Assembly (NCBI GenBank): GCA_965238075.1
Contig: OZ250173.1
Coordinates: 1,120,001-1,184,000, forward strand
From: Candidatus Entotheonellaceae bacterium
GTDB taxonomy: Bacteria; Tectomicrobia; Entotheonellia; Entotheonellales; Entotheonellaceae
DNA length: 64,000 bases
Reading direction: 5' to 3'
Shown: in pieces, positions 14,216 through 24,048 of the stretch
Layout of the letters: the number at the start of each line of letters is the position of its first letter
How positions within the stretch are numbered: the first letter of the stretch is position 1
Made by a program: the position numbers and the translations under genes
Notes under the pieces: generated by a model
Databases searched by the model: none
What the model was told of the DNA's origin: nothing
What the model saw: only the letters and a program-made list of their open reading frames with translations

Positions 14216-14674
14216 ATGGCCACACGACGCCGAGGACGAGAGGCGGCCTTGCAACTTCTGTACGCGGTCGAGATCACCCACGCGGACGTGGAGGCTGTGC
14301 TGGCCAGTCCATGGGCGCATGCGCTCACGGCGGCGCGTACGCGGGAATTCACCGGTGTTTTGCTGCGCGGCGTGATCGCCAGCCGTGACGAGATCGACGC
14401 CCTCATCCGGGAATGGAGCGCCAACTGGTCGCTCGAGCGCATCGGCCTGGTGGAGCGCAACATCCTGCGGTTTGCCATCTACGAGCTGCTGTTCATGCCG
14501 GAAATTCCCCCCAACGTGACCATCAATGAGGCCATCGAGGTGGCCAAGCGCTACGGCGCCGACGACGCGCCATCCTTCATCAACGGCATTCTCGACCGCA
14601 TCAAGAATCAAGTGGCGCCGTCCGAAGACGCCCCGGTTGCCGCTTCCGATCCCGTTTCCAGTCCTCCCGCATAA
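14216..14674 (+). CDS. nusB: Transcription antitermination factor NusB
   Basis: RRRGREAALQLLY, NILRFAIYEL, INEAIEVAKRY and FINGILD motifs; after ribH. Confidence 0.95.
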   Translation: MATRRRGREAALQLLYAVEITHADVEAVLASPWAHALTAARTREFTGVLLRGVIASRDEIDALIREWSANWSLERIGLVERNILRFAIYELLFMPEIPPNVTINEAIEVAKRYGADDAPSFINGILDRIKNQVAPSEDAPVAASDPVSSPPA

Positions 14675-14736
14675 CGCCCGCGCCGGTCGGCGGCCTTCTC
14701 GCCTATTGACTTTTCGCCCTTCCACGAGGTGCCACC

Positions 14737-16791
14737 ATGCGCCTGCCCTGGCTTCAAAGCTTGCTAACAAGAGGCCGCCGTACGCGCCACAAGCCGCTGC
14801 TGCGGGTGCCGTTCATCGGTCGGGAAGCGGTGCTGGCCGAGCTGGACGCCGGTTTGCGACTGGCGACCCAGGGCAGGCAGGTATTCGTGGTGCTGCAGGG
14901 GCCGGCGGGGAGTGGCAAATCTGCGCTGCTGGAGGAATTCGTGGCGCGGCGCTGTCAGCCGTCCGAGGTGCTGCTGGTGCAGGTGAATGCGGCGGATTGC
15001 CTGCTGGCGCAAGACGTGTTCGCCTCGCTGCTTGCCGCCTTGCGGGCAAGAAGCCAGCAGATTGTGCAGAAGGCATATCGCGACACCAGGCGTCTGCGCA
15101 GTCTGAAGGGACTGAACTGGGACGATGCGGACTTCACCCGCATGGTTGCCGGGACGGACAGGGCAGAGTCAGGACAGAGCGCGGCGCCGTTGGCGAGCCT
15201 GTTGGCGCGTGTGCGGCAGCACCCTTGGGCGGTCGGCTCGGCAACGGCGCTGGAAGGTCTGAATCGCGCGGGCGATGCGGCATTGCGGGATCCGCAACGG
15301 AGCTGGACGGACCTGATCGTGTCGATGCGCGATCGCATGGAAGCGGTCAAAGCGGTGCTGGTCGTGGTGATCGATCAGGTGGATGGGGGATGGGATTTAC
15401 CGGCGGGCATAGTACAGGCCGAGCCTGTCCATGCGGCTTGGGCGTCTTTCGTCGAGGCACTGAATCGAGCTCGCATGCCGGTGCTGGTCGTATGGGCCGG
15501 GCCTGCCGAGGCCGTTGAACCCATTCGGCAAGCGCTGTCGGAGGGGACTACGCTGACAACCTGCACCCTCGAACCTCTGGCCGGTGAGGAGCGGAAACGC
15601 CTGCACCAGCAGTTGGCGCGTTGCCTGTCGAGCGCCGTCCGGACGCCTTGGCGGGAGGCGCTTAGCGAGGTACGCGACGCCCATGCACTGGCCTGGCCTT
15701 TTCTTGCGGCGGCCGCCGCGGTGGCGGAGGACGCCGCGGCGCAAACGGTGCGCGACCTCGTTCGAGACGACACCGACGCCCTCGTGGGCCGCATCATGCG
15801 GCGCATTGCCCGCGACTATTCCGACGCCGCGCCGCTGTGGCATGAGCTTCTGGAAGCCTGGGCATTCCTGCCGCCGGGCAAACAGGTTGGCGTTGAAGAG
15901 TTCATGATCCGCTGCAGCGATGAAGCCTCGCCGCCCGACCCCGCCGCCCTTCGCGCCGGCATTGAAAAGCTGCTGGGGCAAGGCGTGCGCTACGGCTTGT
16001 TGCACCACGATCCCTACAGCATGCGGTACACGACGGGTCACACGGGCCTCCAGGCATCGTTGCAATCGTTTCTGCATCCCGATCCGACTGCCCGGCGGCA
16101 ACGGGCGAGGCTCCGGCGCCTCGCCGCCGCCATTCTTTCGCATGTGTATGAAGGTCAGCGCGCCCGGCTCCCGGCTCTGGCCGGGCTCGTGGACGGGATT
16201 CCACTGGCCGATGACGACCTGTGGAACGTCGCGCTGCTGACGCCTTTTCACCGCCTGCTGGCGACCTGCGGGATTGTCGAACGGCAGCGCATGGCAATGG
16301 CCCTGGGCGGCTTCTCGACTCCGTTGGCGGTGCCGCTTCTGCGCTTCATGCTGCACGACGCCGAGGGGAGAGTCCGCAGCGCCGCAGTGCAATCCCTGGC
16401 CGACGTCGCCCTGCCGCAAACGGCCGCGGTGCTGATCGAAGCACTGGCCGACGGCAACAGTGACGTGCGCTGGATTGCCACCTGCGCCCTCGGCAACTTG
16501 GCCGGGGCCGACGTGGTGCACGCACTGATTCCCATGCTGATCGACGAAGACAAGGAAGTTGGCCGCATTGCCGCTGAGGCGCTGGGCCGCCAGGGCGACC
16601 GCCGCGCCGTGCCGCATCTCATCGCGGCCCTGCGCGAGCACTACCCGTTGCTACGCGAGAGCGCCGCCCTGGCCCTCGGCCACTTGGCGGACGAGCGTGC
16701 TGTGTCCGCGCTTCGCGATCTGCTGGGTGACGGTAACCCGCAGGTGCGCCGCAGTGCCGAGCGCGCCCTCAGCCGTTTCGGCACATCCTGA
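14737..16791 (+). CDS. P-loop ATPase (AAA_16/STAND-like) with C-terminal HEAT/PBS-lyase repeats
   Basis: PFIGRE, Walker A GPAGSGKS, Walker B-like VVVIDQVD; about five LxDxxxxVRxxAAxALG repeats. Confidence 0.75.
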   Translation: MRLPWLQSLLTRGRRTRHKPLLRVPFIGREAVLAELDAGLRLATQGRQVFVVLQGPAGSGKSALLEEFVARRCQPSEVLLVQVNAADCLLAQDVFASLLAALRARSQQIVQKAYRDTRRLRSLKGLNWDDADFTRMVAGTDRAESGQSAAPLASLLARVRQHPWAVGSATALEGLNRAGDAALRDPQRSWTDLIVSMRDRMEAVKAVLVVVIDQVDGGWDLPAGIVQAEPVHAAWASFVEALNRARMPVLVVWAGPAEAVEPIRQALSEGTTLTTCTLEPLAGEERKRLHQQLARCLSSAVRTPWREALSEVRDAHALAWPFLAAAAAVAEDAAAQTVRDLVRDDTDALVGRIMRRIARDYSDAAPLWHELLEAWAFLPPGKQVGVEEFMIRCSDEASPPDPAALRAGIEKLLGQGVRYGLLHHDPYSMRYTTGHTGLQASLQSFLHPDPTARRQRARLRRLAAAILSHVYEGQRARLPALAGLVDGIPLADDDLWNVALLTPFHRLLATCGIVERQRMAMALGGFSTPLAVPLLRFMLHDAEGRVRSAAVQSLADVALPQTAAVLIEALADGNSDVRWIATCALGNLAGADVVHALIPMLIDEDKEVGRIAAEALGRQGDRRAVPHLIAALREHYPLLRESAALALGHLADERAVSALRDLLGDGNPQVRRSAERALSRFGTS

Positions 16792-17176
16792 GGCCTCGTC
16801 CCGCACCCGCTGGAAAGAACGTACCAGCTTCGCCCAATCCCAAGACATAATGGTCAAATACCTCTCAGACACCAGCCAGGGCGTCCCCCTTGCGAGACTC
16901 ACCAGCATGGAGACCGGATGGCTAGAAAGCTCCTGACTTTGTGCTATATTTGCCGGGAGCCGTATTGATCTTTATCGCGGCATACTTCCTGGAAGATTCA
17001 AACGACAATGCCTGATAACGGATTTGAATGGCCCGGCATCTTTGCCTTCATTGAGTAAGGTCTCATCTGCCTGTGGGCCTACCTGTACGATCACAAACAC
17101 CGAGCCAGTAAGTAACCTGCCTACTGATACCCCACCTCCACCTGCCGATTACCTGAGCAGGCCGCAGAGGACAGCC

Positions 17177-17749
17177 ATGGCTGAACGAGATGCCATAAGC
17201 CGCCAACAGGAATTCGAAGACGTCGCCCTTGAGCACTTCGACGTGCTCTACAGCACCGCCATGCGCCTGACCCGCAACGTCCATGAGGCCCAGGACTTGG
17301 TTCAGGAGACCTACCTCAAGGCGTATCGCTTCTTTGATCGTTTCGAACCTGGAACAAATATCAAGGCGTGGTTGTTCACAATTCTACGGAACACACACAT
17401 CAATACCTATCGAAAAGCCTCGCGGCAGCAGGAGCAGACGGATTTTGAACGTGTCGAGCCCTTCTATGCCGACCCGACCCTGTTCCCCGAATGGAGCGAT
17501 CAAGCCTCCCTGGAAGAGGTGCTGCGGCACGTCGTTCAAGACGACGTTAAACGCGCCTTGGACGCGCTCCCCGAGGTCTATCGCATGGTCGTCTTGTTGG
17601 CCGACATGGCCGAATTTTCGTACAAGGAAATCGCCGCCATCATCGACTGCCCGGAAGGAACGGTGATGAGCCGTCTGTTTCGCGGGCGACGGCTGCTGCG
17701 AAAGAGTCTCGCGGAGTTCGCGCGCAATAACGGATACGTTAAGGAATAA
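17177..17749 (+). CDS. ECF sigma-70 factor (RpoE/SigH-like)
   Basis: AQDLVQETYLKAY, AWLFTILRN and SYKEIAAIIDCPEGTVMSRLFRGR; GAGGA RBS before ATG 17177. Confidence 0.92.
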   Translation: MAERDAISRQQEFEDVALEHFDVLYSTAMRLTRNVHEAQDLVQETYLKAYRFFDRFEPGTNIKAWLFTILRNTHINTYRKASRQQEQTDFERVEPFYADPTLFPEWSDQASLEEVLRHVVQDDVKRALDALPEVYRMVVLLADMAEFSYKEIAAIIDCPEGTVMSRLFRGRRLLRKSLAEFARNNGYVKE

Positions 17750-17752
17750 GCC

Positions 17753-18628
17753 ATGTTGTCTTGTGAGCAATGTAGGAAATATCTGGCGTTTTTTCTCGAT
17801 CAGGCACTGGGGGTAAAGGAAAGCCTGGACGTGCAGGAGCACCTGCAGGAATGCCCCGAATGCACCGATCTGGTTGCGGCTGAGCGTGCCGTGCGGGCCG
17901 TGGTCCGCCGGCAGGCTGCGACGGCGCCCCTGCCGCAGGCGGAAAAACAGCTGCTGATCCGGCGCGCCACGCAACAGCGCAGGCATCGCTGGCCGCAGTT
18001 GGCGATGTTGCGCGAGGCGGTGCAGTGGCGGGACGTCGGCCTTGGCGCAGCGCTGGCCACAGCCATGCTGCTGGTGTTCCTGAACCCGGTGCGCGACCTG
18101 TTAAGCGGGGACAACGCGGTGCACAAATTCGTGCACGAGACCGCCATGGCGTATCACACCTATCTGGACCAGGACGTACCCATGGAAGTCAAGACAAGTG
18201 ACGACGGCCAACTCATTCGGTGGGCCAACGACGTCATCGGCCATTCCTTGAACGTGCCGTGCATTACCGACAAAGCCGCGCAGTTGGTGGGAGGCCGCCT
18301 GTGCCGACTACGGAACCGCAAGGGCTTGGCGATGAAGTACAGGCACGAGGGCTCGGACCTGCTGGTGTTCGCTTTCCGGGATGCCGCCCTGTCGCTCCCT
18401 GCCCGGCGCATGACACCGACCGAGGGCGGCAGGTTCTACGTACAGCACGTCGCCGGGCGCCCGGTTATTTTGTGGCAGCGCGCCGGCGTAACCTATTCAA
18501 TGATCGGCGACATCGACCGCCAAGCCCTGCTGCGGGTGGCCGGCTCCGTCAGGTACCTGCATGCGGAGGACGCCACCCGGAACGTTACGCTGATAAGGTC
18601 GCCCTTTACGACGACCTCAGGGCAGTGA
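17753..18628 (+). CDS. Membrane anti-sigma factor with zf-HC2 (ZAS) domain
   Basis: HLQECPEC motif, single TM segment, C-terminal GGRL-containing extracytoplasmic domain; 3 nt after the sigma gene. Confidence 0.88.
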   Translation: MLSCEQCRKYLAFFLDQALGVKESLDVQEHLQECPECTDLVAAERAVRAVVRRQAATAPLPQAEKQLLIRRATQQRRHRWPQLAMLREAVQWRDVGLGAALATAMLLVFLNPVRDLLSGDNAVHKFVHETAMAYHTYLDQDVPMEVKTSDDGQLIRWANDVIGHSLNVPCITDKAAQLVGGRLCRLRNRKGLAMKYRHEGSDLLVFAFRDAALSLPARRMTPTEGGRFYVQHVAGRPVILWQRAGVTYSMIGDIDRQALLRVAGSVRYLHAEDATRNVTLIRSPFTTTSGQ

Positions 18629-18632
18629 TCAG

Positions 18633-18810
18633 TCAGGCGCGTCGACACGCGGAGGCCACAATCAAATCGATCAACGCGCCATAGCCAATCCCCGCCAGCC
18701 GACACAAAATGGGCAAGTCCGAGTGCCTCGGATGCAGCCCTGCCAGTGGACTGACCTCCAGAAATTGAGGCCGCTTGTATCCAGCGCAGATTCACCCGCC
18801 GCGCCTCCCG
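18633..18810 (-). pseudogene. 3' remnant of a D-Ala-D-Ala ligase-like ATP-grasp gene
   Basis: Hand translation: KRPQFLEVSPLAGLHPRHSDLPILCRLAGIGYGALIDLIVASACRRA*; upstream RVNLR (RxD.R-like) lies in another frame; no start codon. Confidence 0.65.
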
Positions 18811-18944
18811 GTCCGCGCCCCGCAACCCCTCGTCGATGCTGAGGACCATCCCCCACCGCGCGTTTTGCCTTTTGCCGGTCCGTGTGATAAGGTCGCCGCC
18901 CATAAATTGAGAGATACATTGAGGTTACGGATAGGAAATCAGCC

Positions 18945-19973
18945 ATGATGAGAGCAGGCATCCGGGCGGTCGTCGAGGGGAGGCATCTCTCCGAAGCGGA
19001 AGCCATAGGGGTGATGACCGAGATCATGGAGGGGGCGGCAACGCCGGCGCAGATTGCCGCCTTTCTGATCGGCCTGCGGGTGAAGGGCGAGAGCATCTCG
19101 GAGATCACCGGCTGCGCCCGGGTGATGCGGGACAAGGCGACGTTTATCCGCACCCCGGCGGGCAGCACGCCGGTGGATACCGCGGGCACGGGCGGCGACG
19201 CCGCGGGCACGTTCAACATTTCGACGGCGGCGGCGTTCGTAGCCGCGGGCGCCGGGGTGATCATGGCCAAACACGGCAACCGGGCAGCTTCCAGCAAGTG
19301 CGGCAGCGCCGACGTACTGGAGGCACTGGGCGTCGACGTGTCGCTCGAACCCGCCGGCGTGGAGGCGGCCATCGCCGAGGTGGGCATCGGCTTTCTGTTC
19401 GCCCCGGCGCTCCATGGTGCCATGCGGCATGCCATCGGCCCGCGACGAGAAATCGGCGTACGGACAATCTTCAACATTCTTGGCCCCCTGACCAATCCGG
19501 CCCACGCCCGGCACCAGTTGGTGGGGGTGTACGACAGCAAGCTGACCCCGGTACTGGCCGCGGTGCTGCACAACCTTGGCGCTGAGCGCGCCTTCGTGGT
19601 GCACGGCAGCGACGGCCTGGACGAGTTGACCACGACCGGTGCCACGATAGTCTCGGAACTGCGCAGCGGCGAGGTGCATACCTACGAGGTGCGCCCGGAA
19701 GATTTCGGTGTGACGCGCGCCCGTCCTACCGACCTGCAGGGCGGTGAGGCCGCTCACAATGCTGACCTGGTGAAGCGGATTTTCGGCGACGAGGCATCAC
19801 CGCAGCGCGACATCGTGCTGCTGAACGCCGCCGCCGCGATTGCCGCCGGCACCGCCGATCAGAGTATCGCCGACTGCTTGCCGCAGGCGCGCGAATCCCT
19901 CGAAAGCGGCCGCGCCCTCGCCAAGCTCGAACAATTGCGGGAGTTTACCCAACAATGGTCGCCGACATCCTAG
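18945..19973 (+). CDS. trpD: Anthranilate phosphoribosyltransferase
   Basis: DTAGTGGD, NISTAAAFV, KHGNRAASSKCGSAD and RTIFNILGPLTNP motifs. Confidence 0.97.
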   Translation: MMRAGIRAVVEGRHLSEAEAIGVMTEIMEGAATPAQIAAFLIGLRVKGESISEITGCARVMRDKATFIRTPAGSTPVDTAGTGGDAAGTFNISTAAAFVAAGAGVIMAKHGNRAASSKCGSADVLEALGVDVSLEPAGVEAAIAEVGIGFLFAPALHGAMRHAIGPRREIGVRTIFNILGPLTNPAHARHQLVGVYDSKLTPVLAAVLHNLGAERAFVVHGSDGLDELTTTGATIVSELRSGEVHTYEVRPEDFGVTRARPTDLQGGEAAHNADLVKRIFGDEASPQRDIVLLNAAAAIAAGTADQSIADCLPQARESLESGRALAKLEQLREFTQQWSPTS

Positions 19974-20758
19974 CGCGTATCCTGGACAGCAAACGGCAGG
20001 AAGTCGCCCGCGCGCGCCAAGCCGTGCGGCTCGAAACCCTGCGGCACGAGGCCGAATCACTGCCGCCCACGCGCGATTTTTGGAATGCCCTGCAAACCCG
20101 CGACGGCCGGGGGACGCGCATCATCGCCGAAATCAAGAAGGCGTCGCCGTCCGCCGGCGTCATCCGCGCCGATTTCGATCCGCTCGCCATCGCCGCCACC
20201 TACGCCCGCCACGGCGCCGCAGCCATCTCGGTGCTAACGGACAAGCCCTTTTTTCAAGGTGATCTGGCCGTTCTGCAAGCCGTTCGGCAGCACGTGGCGC
20301 TGCCGCTCCTGCGCAAGGACTTCATCCTCGACGCCTACCAACTCTACGAGGCGCGCCTGCACGGCGCCGACGCGGTGCTGCTGATCGCTTCGGCCCTGGA
20401 AGTGCCGGTTCTGGCCGATCTAGCGTCCCTGAGCCGCGAACTCGGCCTGGAGCCGTTCGTCGAGGTGCACACCGCCACGGAGCTGGAGAAGGCGCTGTCC
20501 TGCGACTGCCGCCTGATCGGTATCAACAACCGCGACCTTCACACCTTCCACACCGACGTGGCGACCACCCTGGAGCTTCTGTCCCAGGTGCCGTCCGGCC
20601 ACCGGGTGGTCAGCGAGAGCGGCATCCGGGACCGCGCCACCGTCGAACGCCTCGAAGGCCACGGCGTGGCGGCGTTTCTTGTTGGTGAATCCCTGATGCG
20701 CGAGCCCGACATCGGCGCCAAGCTGGATCAGCTACGCGGCGTCGCGCCCGCATCCTAG
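19955..20758 (+). CDS. trpC: Indole-3-glycerol phosphate synthase
   Basis: IAEIKKASPS, LRKDF, GINNRDL and SESGI motifs. Confidence 0.97.
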   Translation: MVADILARILDSKRQEVARARQAVRLETLRHEAESLPPTRDFWNALQTRDGRGTRIIAEIKKASPSAGVIRADFDPLAIAATYARHGAAAISVLTDKPFFQGDLAVLQAVRQHVALPLLRKDFILDAYQLYEARLHGADAVLLIASALEVPVLADLASLSRELGLEPFVEVHTATELEKALSCDCRLIGINNRDLHTFHTDVATTLELLSQVPSGHRVVSESGIRDRATVERLEGHGVAAFLVGESLMREPDIGAKLDQLRGVAPAS

Positions 20759-20768
20759 CGTGCCTATC

Positions 20769-21404
20769 ATGACCCTCGTCAAAATTTGCGGCGTCACCTC
20801 GATTGCCGACGCCGGCGTGGCGGTGAACGCCGGCGCCGATATGATCGGCCTGATCTTCTACCCTCCCAGCCCCCGCTACGTCACCCCCGAACAGGCCGGC
20901 GCCATCGTCGCCAGCCTGCCGGTAGACCTGCCGGCCGTCGGCGTGTTCGTCAACGAGAGCTTCGAGACGCTCACCCAGGTAGTGCGGCAAAGCGGTGTCA
21001 GATGGGTGCAGTTGCACGGCGATGAAAGCCCCGACCTGTGCCGCCGCCTGCCGTGGCGCTGCATCAAAACCTTTCGCTTCACCGAACGGGTACAGCCGGA
21101 GATGATGCCGCATTACCCCGTCGACGCCTTTCTGATCGAAGGCTTCCACGGCGAACTCTACGGCGGCGGCGGCGTCAAGGCCGATTGGCAGCGGGTGGCG
21201 TCGCTGCACGACTACGGGCGCATCATCCTGGCCGGCGGGCTGACGCCGGACAATGTCCAAGAAGCCATCGACACCGTGCGACCCTACGCGGTCGACGTGT
21301 GCAGCGGCGTGGAGGCAATGCCGGGTAAGAAGGACGCCGCCAAGGTGCGGGACTTCGTGAAGCGCGCCAAGTCGGCAACGAACGGAGGACAGGAAGGCTT
21401 CTGA
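20769..21404 (+). CDS. trpF: Phosphoribosylanthranilate isomerase
   Basis: VKICGVT, QLHGDE, LAGGLTPDNV and VDVCSGVE motifs. Confidence 0.95.
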   Translation: MTLVKICGVTSIADAGVAVNAGADMIGLIFYPPSPRYVTPEQAGAIVASLPVDLPAVGVFVNESFETLTQVVRQSGVRWVQLHGDESPDLCRRLPWRCIKTFRFTERVQPEMMPHYPVDAFLIEGFHGELYGGGGVKADWQRVASLHDYGRIILAGGLTPDNVQEAIDTVRPYAVDVCSGVEAMPGKKDAAKVRDFVKRAKSATNGGQEGF

Positions 21405-21771
21405 TGGCGGAGACGACGTACGTCAGCAAGGAGCCGTTCGAGGAGTTCGTCAAGCGCATGGAGGAACGGTTTGACCATGCCGAAGAGCGCGCCGACCAGC
21501 GGTTTCTCAGCCTTGAAAAGCGTATGGAGCAGGGCTTTGCCTATATGGAGCAAGCGAGGGCGCAAGAGACTTCGCCCATCTCGAACAGGGCTTCAACAAC
21601 CTCGACCAAGGCTTCAACTGGCGATTTGACGATATCAACCAGCAGGTACTGGATTTCCGAGCCGAGATGCGGCAGATGCGCAACTGGCTGGTGCGGCTCT
21701 ACGGCCTGATGGTCTTCAGCTTCATCGGCGCGATTGTGCTGATTCTGTTCAGAGGGTTGATCTTCAAGTAG
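21404..21771 (+). pseudogene. Frameshifted coiled-coil protein with C-terminal TM anchor (DUF1640/Bdr-like)
   Basis: Heptad RFxxxE repeats continue in another frame after caagagac (21563-21570) as DFAHLEQGFNNLDQGFN...[28 protein letters not shown]. Confidence 0.7.
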
Positions 21772-21811
21772 GTCCCGGCGAAACGGACCTGATGCGGGAG
21801 TATACGGAAAC

Positions 21812-22903
21812 ATGACGTACCGAATTGCAGTGTTACCCGGAGACGGTGTCGGCCCGGAGGTTGTGGCGCAGGGCGTCAAAGTCTTGCGCGCTCTGGAGGC
21901 GCCGTTCGGCATCCGGTGCGAGTTGCAGGAGGGCTTGGTCGGCGGTGCCGCCATCGACGCGACCGGCGACCCGCTGCCCGAAGCGACCCTGCAACTGTGC
22001 CGCGACAACCAGGCGGTTCTATTCGGCTCCGTCGGCGGCCCAAAATGGGACGACTTGCCCCCGGACAAGCGGCCCGAGCGCGGCCTGCTGCGGCTGCGGC
22101 AGGCGCTCGACCTGTTCGCCAACCTGCGCCCGGCCAAGCTCTACACCGCCCTCATCGAGGCGTCGAGCCTGCGCCCCGAGGTGATACGGGATATCGATCT
22201 CCTGGTCGTACGGGAGTTGGTCGGCGGCATTTATTTCGGCCAGCCCCGCGGCATCGAGCCCGACGCCAGTGGCGAGCGTGGCATCAACACCATGAGCTAC
22301 AGCAGCGCCGAAATCGCCCGCATCACGCGCTTGGCCTTTGATCTGGCCCGCAAGCGCCGCGGCAAGGTGACCTCGGTGGACAAGGCCAACGTGCTCGACG
22401 TGTCGGTGCTGTGGCGCCGCGAGGTGACGGAACTGGCCGGCGGCTACGCCGACGTCGAACTCGAGCACCTGTACGTCGACAACTGCGCCATGCAGCTCAT
22501 CCGCGATCCGCGGCAGTTCGACGTCATCGTCACCGGCAACCTGTTTGGCGACATCCTGAGCGACATCGCCGCCATGCTGACCGGCTCCATCGGCATGTTG
22601 CCGTCCGCCAGCCTCGGCGGCACGGTGGGGGTTTTCGAGCCCGTGCACGGCAGCGCCCCCGACATCGCCGGACAGGACATCGCCAATCCGATCGCCACCG
22701 TCAACTCGGTCGCCATGATGCTGCAATATGCGCTGGACGAACCACCCGCCGCGCAGGCCGTCGAGGCGGCAGTGGAGACGGTCCTGAATCAGGGCTACCG
22801 CACCGCCGACGTTATGCGGCCCGGCGCCACGCGGGTCGGCACCGCCGAAATGGGCGACTTGATCTGCGCCGCCCTGAACGACGCCGCGGCGAGCGCAGGC
22901 TAA
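21812..22903 (+). CDS. leuB: 3-isopropylmalate dehydrogenase
   Basis: [34 protein letters not shown] and [12 protein letters not shown] motifs. Confidence 0.96.
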   Translation: MTYRIAVLPGDGVGPEVVAQGVKVLRALEAPFGIRCELQEGLVGGAAIDATGDPLPEATLQLCRDNQAVLFGSVGGPKWDDLPPDKRPERGLLRLRQALDLFANLRPAKLYTALIEASSLRPEVIRDIDLLVVRELVGGIYFGQPRGIEPDASGERGINTMSYSSAEIARITRLAFDLARKRRGKVTSVDKANVLDVSVLWRREVTELAGGYADVELEHLYVDNCAMQLIRDPRQFDVIVTGNLFGDILSDIAAMLTGSIGMLPSASLGGTVGVFEPVHGSAPDIAGQDIANPIATVNSVAMMLQYALDEPPAAQAVEAAVETVLNQGYRTADVMRPGATRVGTAEMGDLICAALNDAAASAG

Positions 22904-22906
22904 GCC

Positions 22907-23908
22907 ATGGAAGCATGTCATCTGGCCGTCGTCGGCGCCACCGGCCTGGTTGGGCAAGAGGTGCTCCGCATCCTGGAAGAGCGCGGCTTCCCCGTCGGCA
23001 CTCTCACCCTGCTGGCCTCGGACCGCTCCGCCGGCAGCCGCGTGGAGTTTCGCAGCCGCAGCACAGTGGTGCGCGAGTTGAGCACGGAAGCCTTTAACGA
23101 GGTGGACACCGCCATCTTTGCCGCCGACGCCGAGGCGAGCCACGATTATGCCCGGCAGGCCGCGCAGGCGGGCGCCCTGGTCCTCGACTGCAGCAGCGCT
23201 TTTCGCCTGCATCCGCACGTACCCCTCTGTGTGCCGGAAATCAACCCCGAGGTACTGCAGCGCCATCACGGCATCATCGCCATCCCGCACAGCATGACGA
23301 CGCAACTCGCTCTTGCCCTCGCCCCCCTGCACGCCGAGGCTACCCTGGCGCGTGTGGTGGTATCGACGTACCAAGCCGCCTCCGGGCGCGGCCGCCGCGC
23401 CGTGCGGGAGTTCGACCAGCAATTACGCGACCTGCTGAATTTCCGCCCCGTGGAAGCGGAGATATTTCCGCACCAGCTCGCTTTTAACTGCTTGCCGCAG
23501 GGCGGAGCGTTTGTGGACAACGGCCACTGTGAAGAAGAAATGGCGCTGATGGACGAGACCCGCAAGCTGCTGGCAGCGCCGGACCTGCCGGTGAGCGCCA
23601 CGGTGGTCTACGTGCCACTGGCGCACAGTCACTCCGCCTCCGTTTACATCGAGACCGAGCGCACGCTCAGCGTGCCGCAGGTGCGCGATCTGCTCGAACA
23701 GGCACCCGGCGTGGAGGTCGAGGACGATTGTCGGGAACAGGTATATCCCCTGGCGATTCACGCCAACGGCCGGGACGAGGTTTTCGTCGGGCGCATTCGC
23801 GCCGACCTCTCCATGCCCAATGGCCTACACCTGTGGGTGGTTGCCGACAACCTGCGCAGGGGTGCGGCGCTAAATGCGGTGCAGATCGCCGAGCACCTGG
23901 CCAGTTGA
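22907..23908 (+). CDS. Aspartate-semialdehyde dehydrogenase-like protein lacking catalytic Cys (Usg-type)
   Basis: VVGATGLVG, VPEINP, STYQAASG and DNLRRGAALNAVQIAE present, but IIAIPHSMT replaces IIANPNCST. Confidence 0.85.
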   Translation: MEACHLAVVGATGLVGQEVLRILEERGFPVGTLTLLASDRSAGSRVEFRSRSTVVRELSTEAFNEVDTAIFAADAEASHDYARQAAQAGALVLDCSSAFRLHPHVPLCVPEINPEVLQRHHGIIAIPHSMTTQLALALAPLHAEATLARVVVSTYQAASGRGRRAVREFDQQLRDLLNFRPVEAEIFPHQLAFNCLPQGGAFVDNGHCEEEMALMDETRKLLAAPDLPVSATVVYVPLAHSHSASVYIETERTLSVPQVRDLLEQAPGVEVEDDCREQVYPLAIHANGRDEVFVGRIRADLSMPNGLHLWVVADNLRRGAALNAVQIAEHLAS

Positions 23909-23912
23909 CGCT

Positions 23913-23993
23913 GTAAGTCGGATTAGCGGAGCGTCTCCGACTTCTTCCCCCCCCCTCAGCCGTCGGACTACGCTTGCAGCTAATCCGACCTAC
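23913..23993. repeat. GTAG-family REP doublet (REPIN-like)
   Basis: gtaagtcggattagcggagcgtctccgac ... gtcggactacgcttgcagctaatccgacctac, two inverted REP hairpins. Confidence 0.8.
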
Positions 23994-24048
23994 GCTAGGC
24001 ACTCATTCGCCCCACCAGTTGAAGCCGGAGCAGAGGAGAACGCAACAC

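Noticed and set aside
16792-17176. Long spacer upstream of the ECF sigma as an ncRNA or riboswitch (also 44451-44667, 59847-60152)
   Set aside because: No recognisable RNA family motif by eye; an Rfam scan would be needed
23947-23955. C9 homopolymer as a phase-variation tract
   Set aside because: It lies in the spacer of an intergenic REP doublet, not in a CDS or evident promoter
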